Source: Deltaproteobacteria bacterium
Lineage (GTDB): Bacteria; Desulfobacterota; Binatia; Binatales; Binataceae
NCBI GenBank assembly: GCA_021780755.1
Contig: JAJXYF010000014.1
Span: 31,888 to 95,887, forward strand
DNA: 64,000 nt
Direction of reading: 5' to 3'
The notes beneath the pieces are model-generated. The model had not been told where the DNA came from. It searched no databases and was given only the letters and a program-made list of their open reading frames with translations. The position numbers were made by a program, and so were the translations under genes. This document shows, piece after piece, positions 27,919 to 38,710 of the stretch (its first letter is position 1; every line of letters starts with the position of its first letter).

Positions 27919-28512
27919 TTAATCCGAGCCCTCGGATGAGGGTGCGATTCCATGGCGGCGCAGCGCGGCCAGCACTTCGCGCACCGGCAGGCCCATCACG
28001 TTGTCGCGCGCGCCGTTCACCCGCTCGATAAAGCCCGCGCCGGCGTCCTGGATTCCGTAGGCGCCAGCCTTGTCCAGCGGATCGCCGCCGTCAACGTAGG
28101 CGGCGATTTCATGCGGCGACAAATCGCGAAAGGTGACGCGGCTCTTGACCGTCATGCTCTCGGCGATCGCGCCCTTGCGAGCGAGTGCGAAGGCGGTTAC
28201 GACGGTGTGGGTATTGCCTGAGAGCGTGCGCAACATCGCCCGCGCGACGGCGGCGTTGGTCGGCTTGCCGAGGATTTGCCCGTCGCATTCGACGATCGTG
28301 TCGGCGGCGAGAATCAGCGCGTCGGGGCAGCGGGCGGAAACGTTGAGTGCCTTCTCGCGGGCCATCCGCAACGCAAAGTCCGGCGCGCTCTCGCCGTCGC
28401 GGCGCACCTCCTCGAGATTGCTTTCGACAATATCGAAGTCAAGACCCGTCGCGCTCAGCAGCGTTTTGCGCCGGGGCGAGGCGGAGGCCAGAATCAACTT
28501 GATTGAACTCAT
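27919..28512 (-). CDS. maf: Maf-like nucleoside triphosphate pyrophosphatase
   Basis: ILASASPRRKTLL N-terminus and DTIV...GKP motif. ATG 28512; the track's 55-aa N-terminal extension is rejected. Confidence 0.85.
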   Translation of the reverse strand: MSSIKLILASASPRRKTLLSATGLDFDIVESNLEEVRRDGESAPDFALRMAREKALNVSARCPDALILAADTIVECDGQILGKPTNAAVARAMLRTLSGNTHTVVTAFALARKGAIAESMTVKSRVTFRDLSPHEIAAYVDGGDPLDKAGAYGIQDAGAGFIERVNGARDNVMGLPVREVLAALRRHGIAPSSEGSD

Positions 28513-28703
28513 GCGGTGACCGTCAGGCTTCGTCGCTCCCCGTGGTGGCTTGCGGTCGTTATTTTCAACGCCGCGGCAGAGGCCGGCATTGGAGTTGTTG
28601 CCAGACCGTGGCGCCCGTCGCAAGTGGGCGAGCCGCAATTCGCGCCGCGCGGATTTGCGCGCGACGCATTGAAGCATCCGCGCGCGTCAGATAACCAGTC
28701 TGG

Positions 28704-30911
28704 ATGGGAATGAAGTGTCGGCGCCGGTGGGGTCGGTGGGCTGCGGTCTTTTGCGCAATCGCGTTGCTGAGTGTGTTCGGCCGCAACGCGCCGGCCCAGA
28801 TGTTCCCGTTCGAACGCAACAAGGTCGAGCCGATCGATCCCCGGCAGGCCTTTAGCGAAGGCTACAACGCCTACCGGAGTCGGGATTGGCCGGGGGCGAT
28901 CGAGCGGATGCAACTGGCGGCGGCGCAAGTGCCCGAACTCATCGACTACGCGCTCTTCTACCAGGGCCTTGCGCAACGCGAGAATGGGGACCTCGCGGGC
29001 GCGGCCGCGACGTTGACGCGGCTGACCTCGAGCTACCCGCAGAGCGTGCTGGCGGATCGGGCGGCACTCGACTATGCCGATATCGAATTGAAGCTGGCGC
29101 ATCCGGACCTCGCCCTCGCGGCCGCGCGGACGGTTGCCGATCGGACAGGCGACTCCGGCCTGGAACAGAGCGCGCGTCTGATGGTTGCGCGTGCGCTGGA
29201 GGCTTCGGGCGATTACCGCGGCGCCTACGCCGAGGCGCAATCACTGCGCGAGCGCTTTCCCACCGGGGCCGCCGATGGTGCGGCGCGCGATCTCGCGTAC
29301 GAGGTCCTCGCGGCGCATCCGACGGTCGCCAATACCGAAACGCTCGACTACAAACGCGCCGAGGGCGCGCTGCTGCTGCGCGAGGGGCGCCCGGCCGCCG
29401 CGCTGGAGGAGCTCTCGGCAGCGCTCGCGATGGAGCCGCCGCTCGCGGTGCGCGTCGAGCTGGTATGGCTCGAGGCCGCGGCGTCGCGCGGAGATCCCGC
29501 GAGCCAGCGCGCCGCGCTGGGGCGCTATCTCGCGCTGGCGCCCGGCGGGGTCCATGCGGCCGCCGCCCTGAACGCACTCGCCCATTCGTGGTGGCATACC
29601 GACAATACCGATCTCGCGCGCACATACTTTAACCGCCTGTTGCGCGATTTCGCCGACAGCCCGCTCGCACCGCAGGCGTCGTTCGAGGTCGGGCGCACTT
29701 ACGAGGATGACGATAATCGCGAGGCCGCCCGCGCGCAGTACCAGCGGCTCATCCTGCGCTACCCGGCTAGCGACGCTGCCGCCGACGCCCGCTTCCGCGC
29801 CCCGTTCATGCTCTTCATGCTCAAGCGCTATGATCAGGCTTCGGCGGAATTCGCCGAGGGCGCCGCGCGTGCCGATGGCGGCGCGCAGCGTGACATGTTT
29901 TCCTACTGGCAGGCGCGATCGCTCGAGGCCAACGGCGCGACGGCGCCGGCGCGCGTGATCTACGAGCGCGTCGCCGTCAGCATCGACAGCAACTACTACC
30001 CGACCCTGGCCGAGCTGAAAGTGCAGGTCGCGCCCGCCGCGTTTCCAGCGGCGCTGGCCTCGGATCCGGTCGCGACCGGCGTGCCGCCGGCCACCGGTCT
30101 CGCGCAGTTCCATCTGATCCGCGCGATCGCGCTGCGCGACCTGGCGCTGCGCGACCTGGAGGCGGCCGAGTTGCGTGCGGTGGAAGTTAACGCCGCGGGC
30201 GACCCGGCGCTACGCGATTTCGTGCTCGCCGAATACGCCGCGGCGGGCGCGTACTACGACTCGATCACGACTGCCACCCGCTTCGCGGCGCGCGGCGAAC
30301 TCAACCCGCATGTCGCCGAACGGATGCGCTATCCGCGCGGCTACTGGGAGTTGGTCTCGCCGGCGGCGACCAGCAATAGTCTTGATCCCTACCTGGTGCT
30401 GGCGCTGATTCACCAGGAGAGCCTGTTCGATCCCAATGCGCGATCGGGATCCGACGCTCGCGGCCTGATGCAACTGCTGCCCACGACCGCCGAGCGCTGG
30501 GCGCCCGACGCCGGCGTCCCCGCGGCCGGGCTCGACCTCTACGACCCCGCACTCAGCGTGCGCATCGGCACGGTTTATCTGCGCAACCTGATGACGATGT
30601 TTGACGGTGACCGGTTCAAGGCGGTGGCCGCCTACAACGGCGGCGAGCATGCGGTGGCCGGCTGGGCCGCGAAATATCCCGGCGACGACGATCAATGGGT
30701 CGAGAACGTCGCCTTTCACGAGACCCGTGATTACGTCAAGAAAGTCATCGGAGGCCTGCGCGAATACCGGCTGATCTATGCGCCAGCGGTCGCGCCTGCG
30801 GTAACCGCGGCGCCAACGCAGGCTTCGCCGCTGCCATCGCGGTTGCCGCAGACCCCGCAATTGCCGCTGCCGGCCGCCACGTCGCCATCGGTATCGCAAA
30901 TCCCGCATTAA
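28704..30911 (+). CDS. soluble lytic murein transglycosylase (Slt70-like: TPR/superhelical domain plus SLT catalytic domain)
   Basis: Signal peptide and long Ala-rich helical repeats. Catalytic HQESLFDPNARSGSDARGLMQLLPTTA and AYNGG motifs. Confidence 0.8.
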   Translation: MGMKCRRRWGRWAAVFCAIALLSVFGRNAPAQMFPFERNKVEPIDPRQAFSEGYNAYRSRDWPGAIERMQLAAAQVPELIDYALFYQGLAQRENGDLAGAAATLTRLTSSYPQSVLADRAALDYADIELKLAHPDLALAAARTVADRTGDSGLEQSARLMVARALEASGDYRGAYAEAQSLRERFPTGAADGAARDLAYEVLAAHPTVANTETLDYKRAEGALLLREGRPAAALEELSAALAMEPPLAVRVELVWLEAAASRGDPASQRAALGRYLALAPGGVHAAAALNALAHSWWHTDNTDLARTYFNRLLRDFADSPLAPQASFEVGRTYEDDDNREAARAQYQRLILRYPASDAAADARFRAPFMLFMLKRYDQASAEFAEGAARADGGAQRDMFSYWQARSLEANGATAPARVIYERVAVSIDSNYYPTLAELKVQVAPAAFPAALASDPVATGVPPATGLAQFHLIRAIALRDLALRDLEAAELRAVEVNAAGDPALRDFVLAEYAAAGAYYDSITTATRFAARGELNPHVAERMRYPRGYWELVSPAATSNSLDPYLVLALIHQESLFDPNARSGSDARGLMQLLPTTAERWAPDAGVPAAGLDLYDPALSVRIGTVYLRNLMTMFDGDRFKAVAAYNGGEHAVAGWAAKYPGDDDQWVENVAFHETRDYVKKVIGGLREYRLIYAPAVAPAVTAAPTQASPLPSRLPQTPQLPLPAATSPSVSQIPH

Positions 30912-30913
30912 CG

Positions 30914-31975
30914 ATGAGCGCTACGGATTCAAATGCGTGCGCGCTTGTCGCGTCGCGGAAGACCCGCAGGGCCCGTTCGAGCGCGGGCGCGTCCAGCGGT
31001 TCGATCACAGAACGAATTATAGGGCGAATTGCGGGGCCAACCGCCGCACCGATTATAGGAATCGACGTGGGCGAGGATCTCCTCGACCTGGCGGTGCTCG
31101 ATGCGGCCGGCAAAAACCTGCGGCTGGCGCGCGTCGCGGTGACCGGCGTCGAACGTAAAGTCGCGAAGGGCGGGGTCGCGCGCGCGGCAACTCCGAATGA
31201 CAGCGGGGCGATCGGCGAGTTGGCCCACCGGATGCTGGCGGCGGCGCCCGAACTCGACACGGCGGGCGCGATCGTGCTGATCGATTCGCCACGGTGGCCG
31301 CGCGATCTCGATCTGGCGACGAGTGCTATCACCGGCGGCGGGCCGCGCGACGGTGTGCGAGCCTCGGCCGCGCGTGCGATCGATACGTCGCTGCGCGCGA
31401 TGGTGCGCAAACTGGCGCTGCAAAAGCGCGACGGTTCGCCGTTTCAATTGTCTATGTTCCCGACCCCGAAGTTCGAGTTTTTCTCCGCCTGCGTTCGCGA
31501 TCCGCGCTGCAAGCCACATCTGACGGCGACGGCCCGGGAGCTCTTCGGCGCCGCACTCGAAAGCGCCTCCGCGGGGCCCGTGCCGGCTGGGGGCCAGATC
31601 TTCACGCGCTTCATGCTGACCGGCTTTGCCGCCTACCGCGCGCTCGAACGGACCTCGGCCGCGCTCTACGAAGCCTATCCCGATCTCGCGTTTCGGCTCT
31701 GGGCGCGCGGCGAGGAGATCCCACCAAAGCGCACGGGGCGCACGGCGCTGGACGCCCGCCGGCGAATCAACCGGCGCCTTGCCGAGGAGCTTGGGTGCGC
31801 GGGCGCCGAGTACATCTCAACGCTCGACGAGGCCGACGCGACGATACTCGCACTGAGCGCCGCGCGGGCCTTGCGCGGTGGGGTAATCGCGGTAATCGAG
31901 CATCTGGCGGAGGGGCGTTTTGCACTCGCGCTGGACGGCGATCGGGCCAATCGCGTATGGAACACGAATGTTTAG
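30914..31975 (+). CDS. hypothetical protein, possibly DUF429/RNase-H-like fold
   Basis: 353-aa ORF 2 bp after the slt stop. IIGIDVGEDLLDLAVLD resembles the N-terminal strand of RNase-H-like DUF429 proteins. Weak. Confidence 0.4.
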   Translation: MSATDSNACALVASRKTRRARSSAGASSGSITERIIGRIAGPTAAPIIGIDVGEDLLDLAVLDAAGKNLRLARVAVTGVERKVAKGGVARAATPNDSGAIGELAHRMLAAAPELDTAGAIVLIDSPRWPRDLDLATSAITGGGPRDGVRASAARAIDTSLRAMVRKLALQKRDGSPFQLSMFPTPKFEFFSACVRDPRCKPHLTATARELFGAALESASAGPVPAGGQIFTRFMLTGFAAYRALERTSAALYEAYPDLAFRLWARGEEIPPKRTGRTALDARRRINRRLAEELGCAGAEYISTLDEADATILALSAARALRGGVIAVIEHLAEGRFALALDGDRANRVWNTNV

Positions 31976-32087
31976 CGAAGAAAAAGCCATCGAATCCGCC
32001 TGAAAGGCGCTAATTGTGGTTGACCTGCGGCGGCTTCCGTTGAAAGCTGCTAATGCACGTTCCGGAGAAGGAGGGCATTTGCAGGAT

Positions 32088-32720
32088 ATGAAGGATCGAA
32101 AACACTGGATCTATGCGATCTTGGCGCTCGTGGGCGGAATCTTCGGAGGCGCGATCTCGGGACATCTCTTTCCGCGCGAGGCCGAGGCCTCCGCGCATGC
32201 GGCGCGGGAGCTACGGGCGGAGAAATTCGTCCTGGTCGATCGCAGCGGTACCGAACGCGGCGTGATTGGGGTGAACTCGCGCGGGATGGCCGTGATCGGG
32301 TTGAATGACCAGCACGGGCGGCTGCGCGGCGAGCTCCGGGTTGGCGCGGAGACTGGCAGCGCGCTCGGCTTTTATGATCAGAACGGGAACAAGCGCGTGA
32401 TCATCGGCGACACTCCGACCGGCCGTGACGGGCTCGCGATTTACAGCACCAACGGCCGGCAGATGGCGGGCTTCACGGTCGCCGATGACAACCAGTCGAG
32501 CGTCACGCTCTACGATCCGACCAATGGTCGTGCGCGCGTCGGCCTCGGCGTCGCAGCCAACGGCATCCCGGCGCTCGTGCTGTTCGATCAGAACGGTCGC
32601 GATCGCGCCGAGTTGCATGTCAATCTGAACGGTAAACCGGGGCTTGCGCTGGCCGACGAAGCCGGCAAATCGGTGGCAGGTCTGCCGATGCAGGAACCGC
32701 CCCAACCGTCGCAGCAATAG
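32088..32720 (+). CDS. N-terminally membrane-anchored protein with about seven tandem ~22-aa beta-repeats (h-x-h-h-D-x-N-G-x-x-R motif)
   Basis: ATG 32088 preceded by a strong SD (GGAGAAGGAGGG). One TM (WIYAILALVGGIFGGAISG), then repeats VIGVNSRG / VIGLNDQHGRLRG / LGFYDQNGNKRV / LAIYSTNGRQMAG / VTLYDPTNGRARVG / LVLFDQNGRDRAEL. Confidence 0.6.
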   Translation: MKDRKHWIYAILALVGGIFGGAISGHLFPREAEASAHAARELRAEKFVLVDRSGTERGVIGVNSRGMAVIGLNDQHGRLRGELRVGAETGSALGFYDQNGNKRVIIGDTPTGRDGLAIYSTNGRQMAGFTVADDNQSSVTLYDPTNGRARVGLGVAANGIPALVLFDQNGRDRAELHVNLNGKPGLALADEAGKSVAGLPMQEPPQPSQQ

Positions 32721-32756
32721 GAACAACAACGACGCTCAAAGTGGAGGAGAGTTGAA

Positions 32757-33110
32757 ATGCACTCGATCGGAAAAAAGGTGGCTGCCTTCATAATCGCCGC
32801 TGCGATGCTGGTCGCGCTGGCCGGATGCTCGGGTCAGCCGCTCAGCACGCGTGAAAAGGGCACTGGTATCGGCGCCCTGCTCGGTGCTGGCACCGGTGCG
32901 ATCATCGGAGCGGCGGTCGGCTCGCCGGGCGCGGGAGCGGCAATCGGCGGAGCGCTGGGCGCCGGCACCGGTTTCGTGGTCGGCAACGCGATGCAGAACC
33001 AGGAAGTCCAGCAACAGCAGACCCAATCGCAGTTGCAATCGCAGCAGACCGAGATTGAGCAGCAGCGGCGCGAAATCGAGCAGATGAAATCGCAGTCGGA
33101 AACCGAATAA
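32757..33110 (+). CDS. glycine-zipper (Gly-zipper_2TM / 17-kDa-antigen-like) lipoprotein with Gln-rich coiled-coil tail
   Basis: Lipobox LAGC, GxxxGxxxG zipper (GIGALLGAGTGAIIGAAVGSPGAGAAIGGALGAGTGFVVG). SD GGAGGAG. Confidence 0.75.
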   Translation: MHSIGKKVAAFIIAAAMLVALAGCSGQPLSTREKGTGIGALLGAGTGAIIGAAVGSPGAGAAIGGALGAGTGFVVGNAMQNQEVQQQQTQSQLQSQQTEIEQQRREIEQMKSQSETE

Positions 33111-33128
33111 CGCGCTGGCCATGACCGG

Positions 33129-33157
33129 GGCCGGCCGTGTTCCCACGCGGCCGGCCT
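33129..33157 (+). terminator. GC-rich hairpin downstream of the lipoprotein gene (no U-tract)
   Basis: GGCCGGCCGTG-ttccc-CACGCGGCCGGCC imperfect inverted repeat 19 bp after the stop codon. Confidence 0.3.
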
Positions 33158-33268
33158 CCTGAACCGCGGCACTCGCGGGCGACCCGTCGCGGTGTTCCGC
33201 GGCCAGCAGCGGCTGCGCACCGCGCTCCACGACCGCTCCGGCCCGCTTACCCTTGAGAGAACGCCCGC

Positions 33269-33964
33269 TTGGAACGCAGCTTCAAGGCCATCTTTTTCGA
33301 TCTCGACGGCACCCTGGTTGACCTCCACGGACCGCTCTATATAGCCGCTCGCAACGCGCTTGGCGAACTCGGCCAAGGGCCGCCGTTGACCCCGGAACGC
33401 TACCGCGAGGCGCTCGCCCGCGATGACCTCTACCTGGGCCTTCCCGAACATCTGCGACCGCAGTACCTGCGTCTCGCGTTTGCCTACTTCGTCACCGAAC
33501 TCGACCGCACCGAGCGGCTCGAAGTGCTGCCGCATGTTCATGAGACGCTGGCCGAACTCAAACGCCGCGGCTACGCGACCGCGATTATTACGTCGCGTCC
33601 AGGCGACTCGAATCGGCTGGTGGCGAAGCTCGCGATGGTCGGACTGGCGTCGTATTTCGACCAGGTCGTCACGCAGAGCACGGCCTCGCTGCGTGCGCTC
33701 GACAAGACCGAAAGCCTCAAGCATGCGGCCGCGCGCGCGTCCATTCTGCCGCAAGCGTGCATGTACGTCGGCGACGAACCGCGCGACGTGATGGCGGCGA
33801 CCCAGGCCGGCTACGGCGCCAAAGTAGCGGTGGCGACCGGGCCGGCGACGTTCGGCTACCTGCGCGATCATCAGGAGCATCAGCCGGACTTCGTGTTGCG
33901 CTCGATGGCGGAGCTAATCGGCCTGCTGGATCGCCTGAAGGCGGGTGACGACCAGCCTCAATAG
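33269..33964 (+). CDS. HAD-superfamily hydrolase (phosphoglycolate-phosphatase-like)
   Basis: Motif I FFDLDGTLVD, motif II TS, and a C-terminal GDxxxD-like motif (VGDEPRD). Only in-frame start is TTG 33269. Confidence 0.75.
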   Translation: MERSFKAIFFDLDGTLVDLHGPLYIAARNALGELGQGPPLTPERYREALARDDLYLGLPEHLRPQYLRLAFAYFVTELDRTERLEVLPHVHETLAELKRRGYATAIITSRPGDSNRLVAKLAMVGLASYFDQVVTQSTASLRALDKTESLKHAAARASILPQACMYVGDEPRDVMAATQAGYGAKVAVATGPATFGYLRDHQEHQPDFVLRSMAELIGLLDRLKAGDDQPQ

Positions 33965-34300
33965 ACCGCCCTCGGCTCGGGGCGTCTGGTGCTCGTCGAA
34001 GGTTTGCACTTTAAATTCTGCCTGGTACGCGCGACGCTTGACAGGCGGCTGACCCTGACATATTAAATCTCAAGTAATCCGATAGATTTAATTGTCTCAT
34101 AAGCCAAGCCCACGCGCGCCCGAGAAGCTTTTCCGGCAATAATCAGGCCTCGACCTGCGCAAATTGATTTTTGAGCCTATTACTCTACTAATCGCATCGG
34201 ATTTGTAATTTGCCCGATCCAGCGGAAACGGCGGGTCCTCCACGATCCGAGGGCGGTATCGGAGAAGGCGAGAAGGCGGGCTGGCGAGGGCTGAATTTCG

Positions 34301-35761
34301 ATGAGACGTAAATTTAAGGCGGTGCAGGCGGCGTTGGAAAGCCTCGCGCTGTTGATGAGCGCGTGGCCCGCGGTGGCGCTCGCGCAAGCTCAATCGATGT
34401 TCCAGATGCAGCAGCAAATCGAGCAACTCACGAAGAGAGTCGAAGATCTGGAGCGCGCCAATCAGCAGCTTCACGGGCTCGATCGGCAAGTTCAGGTGAT
34501 CGATCGCAAAATCGAGGCAGATCAGACTGCCGCGCGCGAAAGCGCTAAGACCGCGCCGATTGTCAGCGTCAGCCAAGCGGGGTTTTTTCTCAATTCCGCC
34601 GACGGCGGGAAAACCTTTAGTTTGCACCTCGGTGGCTACGCGCAGACCGATGGCCGTTTCTATCTGAGCCAGACCAAGCCGAGCGGCAGTGAATTCCTGA
34701 TGCGGCGCGTCAGACCGATCCTGGAAGGCACGGTGGGTCAGTTTTACGACTTCCGCATAATGCCGGATTTTGGCCAAGGGACGGCGGTGCTCTACGACGC
34801 TTACACGGACATTCATTACCTTCCTGAGTTTCGGCTTCGTCTGGGTAAGTTCAGAGCGCCGGTTGGGCTTGAGCAACTTCAGATCACCCGGGATCTCAAG
34901 TTCGTCGAGTACGCATTGCCGACCGATCTGGTGCCAAACCGGGATATCGGCGTCGAAATTCACGGCGATCTGTTGCGGCAGCGGATGAATTATGAAGTCG
35001 GCATCTTCAATCAGATCCCCGACAACACGGCGACCGTTGACGGCGCGAATGGCGACGCGAAGGATTTCGAGGCGCGGGTGTATTTCCATCCCTTCGCCGG
35101 TGCGCAGTTTGCCGAGATCAGTGCTCTGGAGCGGTGGGGCGTGGGCATCTCGGGCACCTACGGCGACACTCGCGCCACGACTATCGATACCTACAAGTCG
35201 GCCGGGCAATTCACGTTTTTCAAGTACAACACCGGCGTTGTTGCGGCCGGACCTCGCTACCGCTACTCGCCCCAATTTGACTGGTCCTGGCGGTCGCTGG
35301 GCCTGCTCGGCGAATACATTCAGAATACGCAGCGTCTGGCGCCGCCGGTCACGCCCGGCAAGCTTGCGTACGCGGGAACTCCACGCACGATCAGCACACA
35401 GGCCTGGCAGCTTCAGGCGAGCTACCTGCTCACCGGCGAGGACGAAACGCTTGCGGCCGTGCAGCCCCGGCGGAATTTCGATCCGATGGGCGGTGGCCTC
35501 GGCGCGTGGGAGCTGGTCGCCCGCGGCGACCAGCTAATGATCGACAATGACGTGTACAACTACGGCCTCGCCAGCAAGTCAACCGCCGCGAACGAGGCCC
35601 TCGAGTGGTCTTTGGGAGTCAACTGGTATCTAAACCGCAACGTGAAGTTTCAGCTCGACTACGAGAACACGACATTTCGGTATGGGGCCGGCAAGGCGAC
35701 CGCCGTCAATGCGCTAACCGCGGAGAGCGCGATTTTGAGCCGGATGCAGCTCAGTTTCTGA
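34301..35761 (+). CDS. OprO/OprP-family anion-specific (phosphate-selective-type) porin
   Basis: Signal peptide, N-terminal coiled-coil, beta-barrel pattern ending in aromatic F. Porin_O_P-like motifs ([17 protein letters not shown]). Confidence 0.75.
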   Translation: MRRKFKAVQAALESLALLMSAWPAVALAQAQSMFQMQQQIEQLTKRVEDLERANQQLHGLDRQVQVIDRKIEADQTAARESAKTAPIVSVSQAGFFLNSADGGKTFSLHLGGYAQTDGRFYLSQTKPSGSEFLMRRVRPILEGTVGQFYDFRIMPDFGQGTAVLYDAYTDIHYLPEFRLRLGKFRAPVGLEQLQITRDLKFVEYALPTDLVPNRDIGVEIHGDLLRQRMNYEVGIFNQIPDNTATVDGANGDAKDFEARVYFHPFAGAQFAEISALERWGVGISGTYGDTRATTIDTYKSAGQFTFFKYNTGVVAAGPRYRYSPQFDWSWRSLGLLGEYIQNTQRLAPPVTPGKLAYAGTPRTISTQAWQLQASYLLTGEDETLAAVQPRRNFDPMGGGLGAWELVARGDQLMIDNDVYNYGLASKSTAANEALEWSLGVNWYLNRNVKFQLDYENTTFRYGAGKATAVNALTAESAILSRMQLSF

Positions 35762-35823
35762 GCCTGAATCAGGCAGATCGGCGATCCGAAAAACCCAGTA
35801 GTGAGCGAGCGATTCCAATTGGT

Positions 35824-36834
35824 ATGAAGTTGAAGCAGGCTATTTTCGGGTCGGCGGCCGCACTGTTCGCGATCACCTCGATCAACCCGCCGGCGGCACG
35901 CGCGGGCCAGAAGATGCTCAACGTTTCGTTCGACCCGACGCGCGAGCTCTACGAGGATTACGATGTCGCGTTCGCGACTCATTGGAAGCTCAAGACCGGC
36001 CAGGAAGTAACGATCAATTTGTCCAACGGCGGCTCGGGCAAGCAGGCTCGCGCGGTGATCGACGGGCTCCAGGCCGATGTCGTCACGCTGGGACTCGCAT
36101 ACGATATCGACGCGATCGCCGAGAAGGCGCAGTTGCTGCCGGCCGACTGGCGGGGCCGCCTGCCCGACGACAGCTCGCCCTACACCTCGACGATTGTGTT
36201 TATGGTCCGCAAGGGTAATCCCAAAGGAATCAAGGATTGGCCCGACGTGGTGAAACCGGGCGTCCAGGTGATCACGGCCAATCCCAAGACCTCGGGTGGC
36301 GCGCGCTGGGCCTATCTGGCGGCGTGGGGCTATGCGTTGCAGGCCCCCGGCGGCAGCGCGGCCGCAGCCAAGGATTTCGTGGCGAAGCTGTACCAGAACG
36401 TGCCGGTGCTCAATTCGGGCGCGCGCGGCTCGACCACCACCTTTGTCGAACGCGAGGTCGGCGACGTGCTGCTTGCGTGGGAGAACGAGGCGTACCTCGC
36501 CCTCAACCAGTTTGGTGCGGACAAATTCGAGATCGTGTACCCCTCGACCAGCATATTGGCCGAGCCGCCGGTGGCGCTGGTGGACAAGGTGGTCGATCGC
36601 GATGGCACGCGCGCGGTAGCGCAGGAGTACCTGAACTATCTGTACACCGACGACGGGCAGCGGATCGCGGCCAAGCATTATTTTCGTCCGCGGCTCGCGT
36701 CGGCGGCGAAGTACGGACCGGCCTTCCCGAAGATCAAGCTGTTTACCGTGCGGGACGTGGCCGGTGGATGGCAAAAGGCGCAGGCGACGCATTTTGCGGA
36801 CGGCGGCGTCTTCGATCAGATCTATCAACCTTGA
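35824..36834 (+). CDS. sbp: sulfate/thiosulfate ABC transporter substrate-binding protein
   Basis: Signal peptide plus typical Sbp/CysP sequence ([11 protein letters not shown]...). ATG 35824; the track's upstream extension is rejected. Confidence 0.85.
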   Translation: MKLKQAIFGSAAALFAITSINPPAARAGQKMLNVSFDPTRELYEDYDVAFATHWKLKTGQEVTINLSNGGSGKQARAVIDGLQADVVTLGLAYDIDAIAEKAQLLPADWRGRLPDDSSPYTSTIVFMVRKGNPKGIKDWPDVVKPGVQVITANPKTSGGARWAYLAAWGYALQAPGGSAAAAKDFVAKLYQNVPVLNSGARGSTTTFVEREVGDVLLAWENEAYLALNQFGADKFEIVYPSTSILAEPPVALVDKVVDRDGTRAVAQEYLNYLYTDDGQRIAAKHYFRPRLASAAKYGPAFPKIKLFTVRDVAGGWQKAQATHFADGGVFDQIYQP

Positions 36835-36912
36835 ACCGGCGAACGTGAATCTCAAAGTGGCATCCGCAAAAAGATCCGGGAAGACAGGGATGAAAGAGGA
36901 CCGGGGGCGCGC

Positions 36913-37752
36913 ATGGCCGGCATGATCCGCACGACGCGGCGGGTGCTGCCCGGCTTCGGCCTGACGATGGGCTATACGCTGGCCTACCTCAGCCTGATCG
37001 CGTTGATCCCGCTCTCGACGATCCTGCTGAAGACCGAAGGTATGGGCTGGGTGCGGTTCTGGCATGTGGTGCTCTCGCCGCGGGTAATCGCCGCGTACAA
37101 GCTCAGTATCGGGGCGTCGCTGATCGCGGCCGCGATCAACTCGGTCTTCGGCTTTATCGTCGCGTGGACGCTGTCGCGCTACGAGTTTCCGGGCAAGGGC
37201 GCACTGGACGCGTTGGTGGATCTGCCGTTCGCACTGCCGACCTCGGTTGCCGGTATCACGCTTACGTCGATATACGCGCAAAACGGCATCATCGGGCGGC
37301 TCTTCGTGCCGTTCGGGATCAAGATTGCGTTCGCGCCGCTCGGCATCGTCGTGGCCTTGACCTTTATCGGCTTGCCTTTTGTGGTGCGGACGGTGCAGCC
37401 AGTGCTGCAGGAGCTCGAAGCGGAGTTGGAGGAGGCGGCGGCGACGCTGGGGGCCACCCGCCTGCAGACCTTTCGGCGGGTGATCGGGCCGGCGATGCTG
37501 CCGGCGCTGATCACGGGATTCGCGCTCGCTTTTGCGCGCGCGCTCGGCGAATACGGGTCGGTCGTCTTCATCTCGGGCAACATGCCGATGCATACCGAGG
37601 TCGTGCCGCTGCTGATCATGACCCGGCTCGAGGAGTTCGATTACCAGGGCGCGACCGCGATCGCGCTGGTGATGCTGGTGCTCTCGTTCACGATGCTTTT
37701 CGGGATCAACCTGCTGCAACGCTGGAGCGCCTCACGATATGCCGCCGGTTGA
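36913..37752 (+). CDS. cysT: sulfate ABC transporter permease CysT
   Basis: 6-TM permease with EAA loop. First of two permeases after sbp. Confidence 0.85.
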   Translation: MAGMIRTTRRVLPGFGLTMGYTLAYLSLIALIPLSTILLKTEGMGWVRFWHVVLSPRVIAAYKLSIGASLIAAAINSVFGFIVAWTLSRYEFPGKGALDALVDLPFALPTSVAGITLTSIYAQNGIIGRLFVPFGIKIAFAPLGIVVALTFIGLPFVVRTVQPVLQELEAELEEAAATLGATRLQTFRRVIGPAMLPALITGFALAFARALGEYGSVVFISGNMPMHTEVVPLLIMTRLEEFDYQGATAIALVMLVLSFTMLFGINLLQRWSASRYAAG

Positions 37753-38710
37753 GCAACTTCCGAGCGGGCCAAGCGGATCGCGCGCCGTGGACGGATCGAG
37801 CGGGGCTGCCGGCGGCCGGGTGCCGGTGTCCGAGGCGAGCGCGAGCCTGTGCCGCGCGACCGAGGATCCGGTGTGGGCGCGGCGGCTGATTATCGGCGTG
37901 GCGACCGGCTTCCTTGGGATTTTCCTGATCGTCCCGCTGGTCTCGGTCTTCGCCGAGGCACTCAACCAGGGCGTCGGGCTTTACTTTGCCGCGATCACCG
38001 ATCCCGAGGCGCTGAGCGCGATTCGGCTGACACTGCTGACGGCCGCGATCGCGGTGCCACTCAACCTGGTTTTCGGCCTGGCGGCGTCGTGGGCGATCAC
38101 GCGCTTCGAGTTTCATGGCAAGAACCTGCTGACCACCCTGATCGACCTGCCGTTCGCGGTCTCGCCGGTAATCGCGGGCATGATCTATGTGCTGATGTTC
38201 GGCGCGCACGGATGGTTCGGCGGATGGCTGATGGAGCACAACATCAGGATCATCTTTGCCGTCCCCGGAATCGTGCTGGCGACCACTTTTGTGACTTTTC
38301 CCTTCGTCGCGCGTGAGCTGATTCCGGTGATGGAGGCGAGCGGCACGGACGAGGAGCTGGCGGCGATCACGCTCGGCGCGACCGGCTGGCAGACCTTCTA
38401 TCGAATCACGCTGCCGAAGGTGAAATGGGGTCTGCTGTACGGCGTGATTATCTGCAATGCGCGCGCGATGGGCGAGTTCGGCGCGGTCTCGGTGGTTTCG
38501 GGGCATATCCGAGGGCTGACCAACACGATGCCGCTTTATGTGGAAATCCTCTACAACGATTATAATTTCACCGCTTCCTTCGCGGTCGCGTCGCTGTTGA
38601 CCGCACTCGCGCTGGTGACGCTGGTCGCCAAGCGCGTGATCGGCGGCAAGGTGGAGCATCCGCGCCTGCCGACGGTCGCCGGCGACGGAGTCGAGCGCGA
38701 GGCCGCATGA
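37739..38710 (+). CDS. cysW: sulfate ABC transporter permease CysW
   Basis: Second permease, overlapping cysT and cysA by a few nt. True start may be internal. Confidence 0.8.
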   Translation: MPPVEQLPSGPSGSRAVDGSSGAAGGRVPVSEASASLCRATEDPVWARRLIIGVATGFLGIFLIVPLVSVFAEALNQGVGLYFAAITDPEALSAIRLTLLTAAIAVPLNLVFGLAASWAITRFEFHGKNLLTTLIDLPFAVSPVIAGMIYVLMFGAHGWFGGWLMEHNIRIIFAVPGIVLATTFVTFPFVARELIPVMEASGTDEELAAITLGATGWQTFYRITLPKVKWGLLYGVIICNARAMGEFGAVSVVSGHIRGLTNTMPLYVEILYNDYNFTASFAVASLLTALALVTLVAKRVIGGKVEHPRLPTVAGDGVEREAA

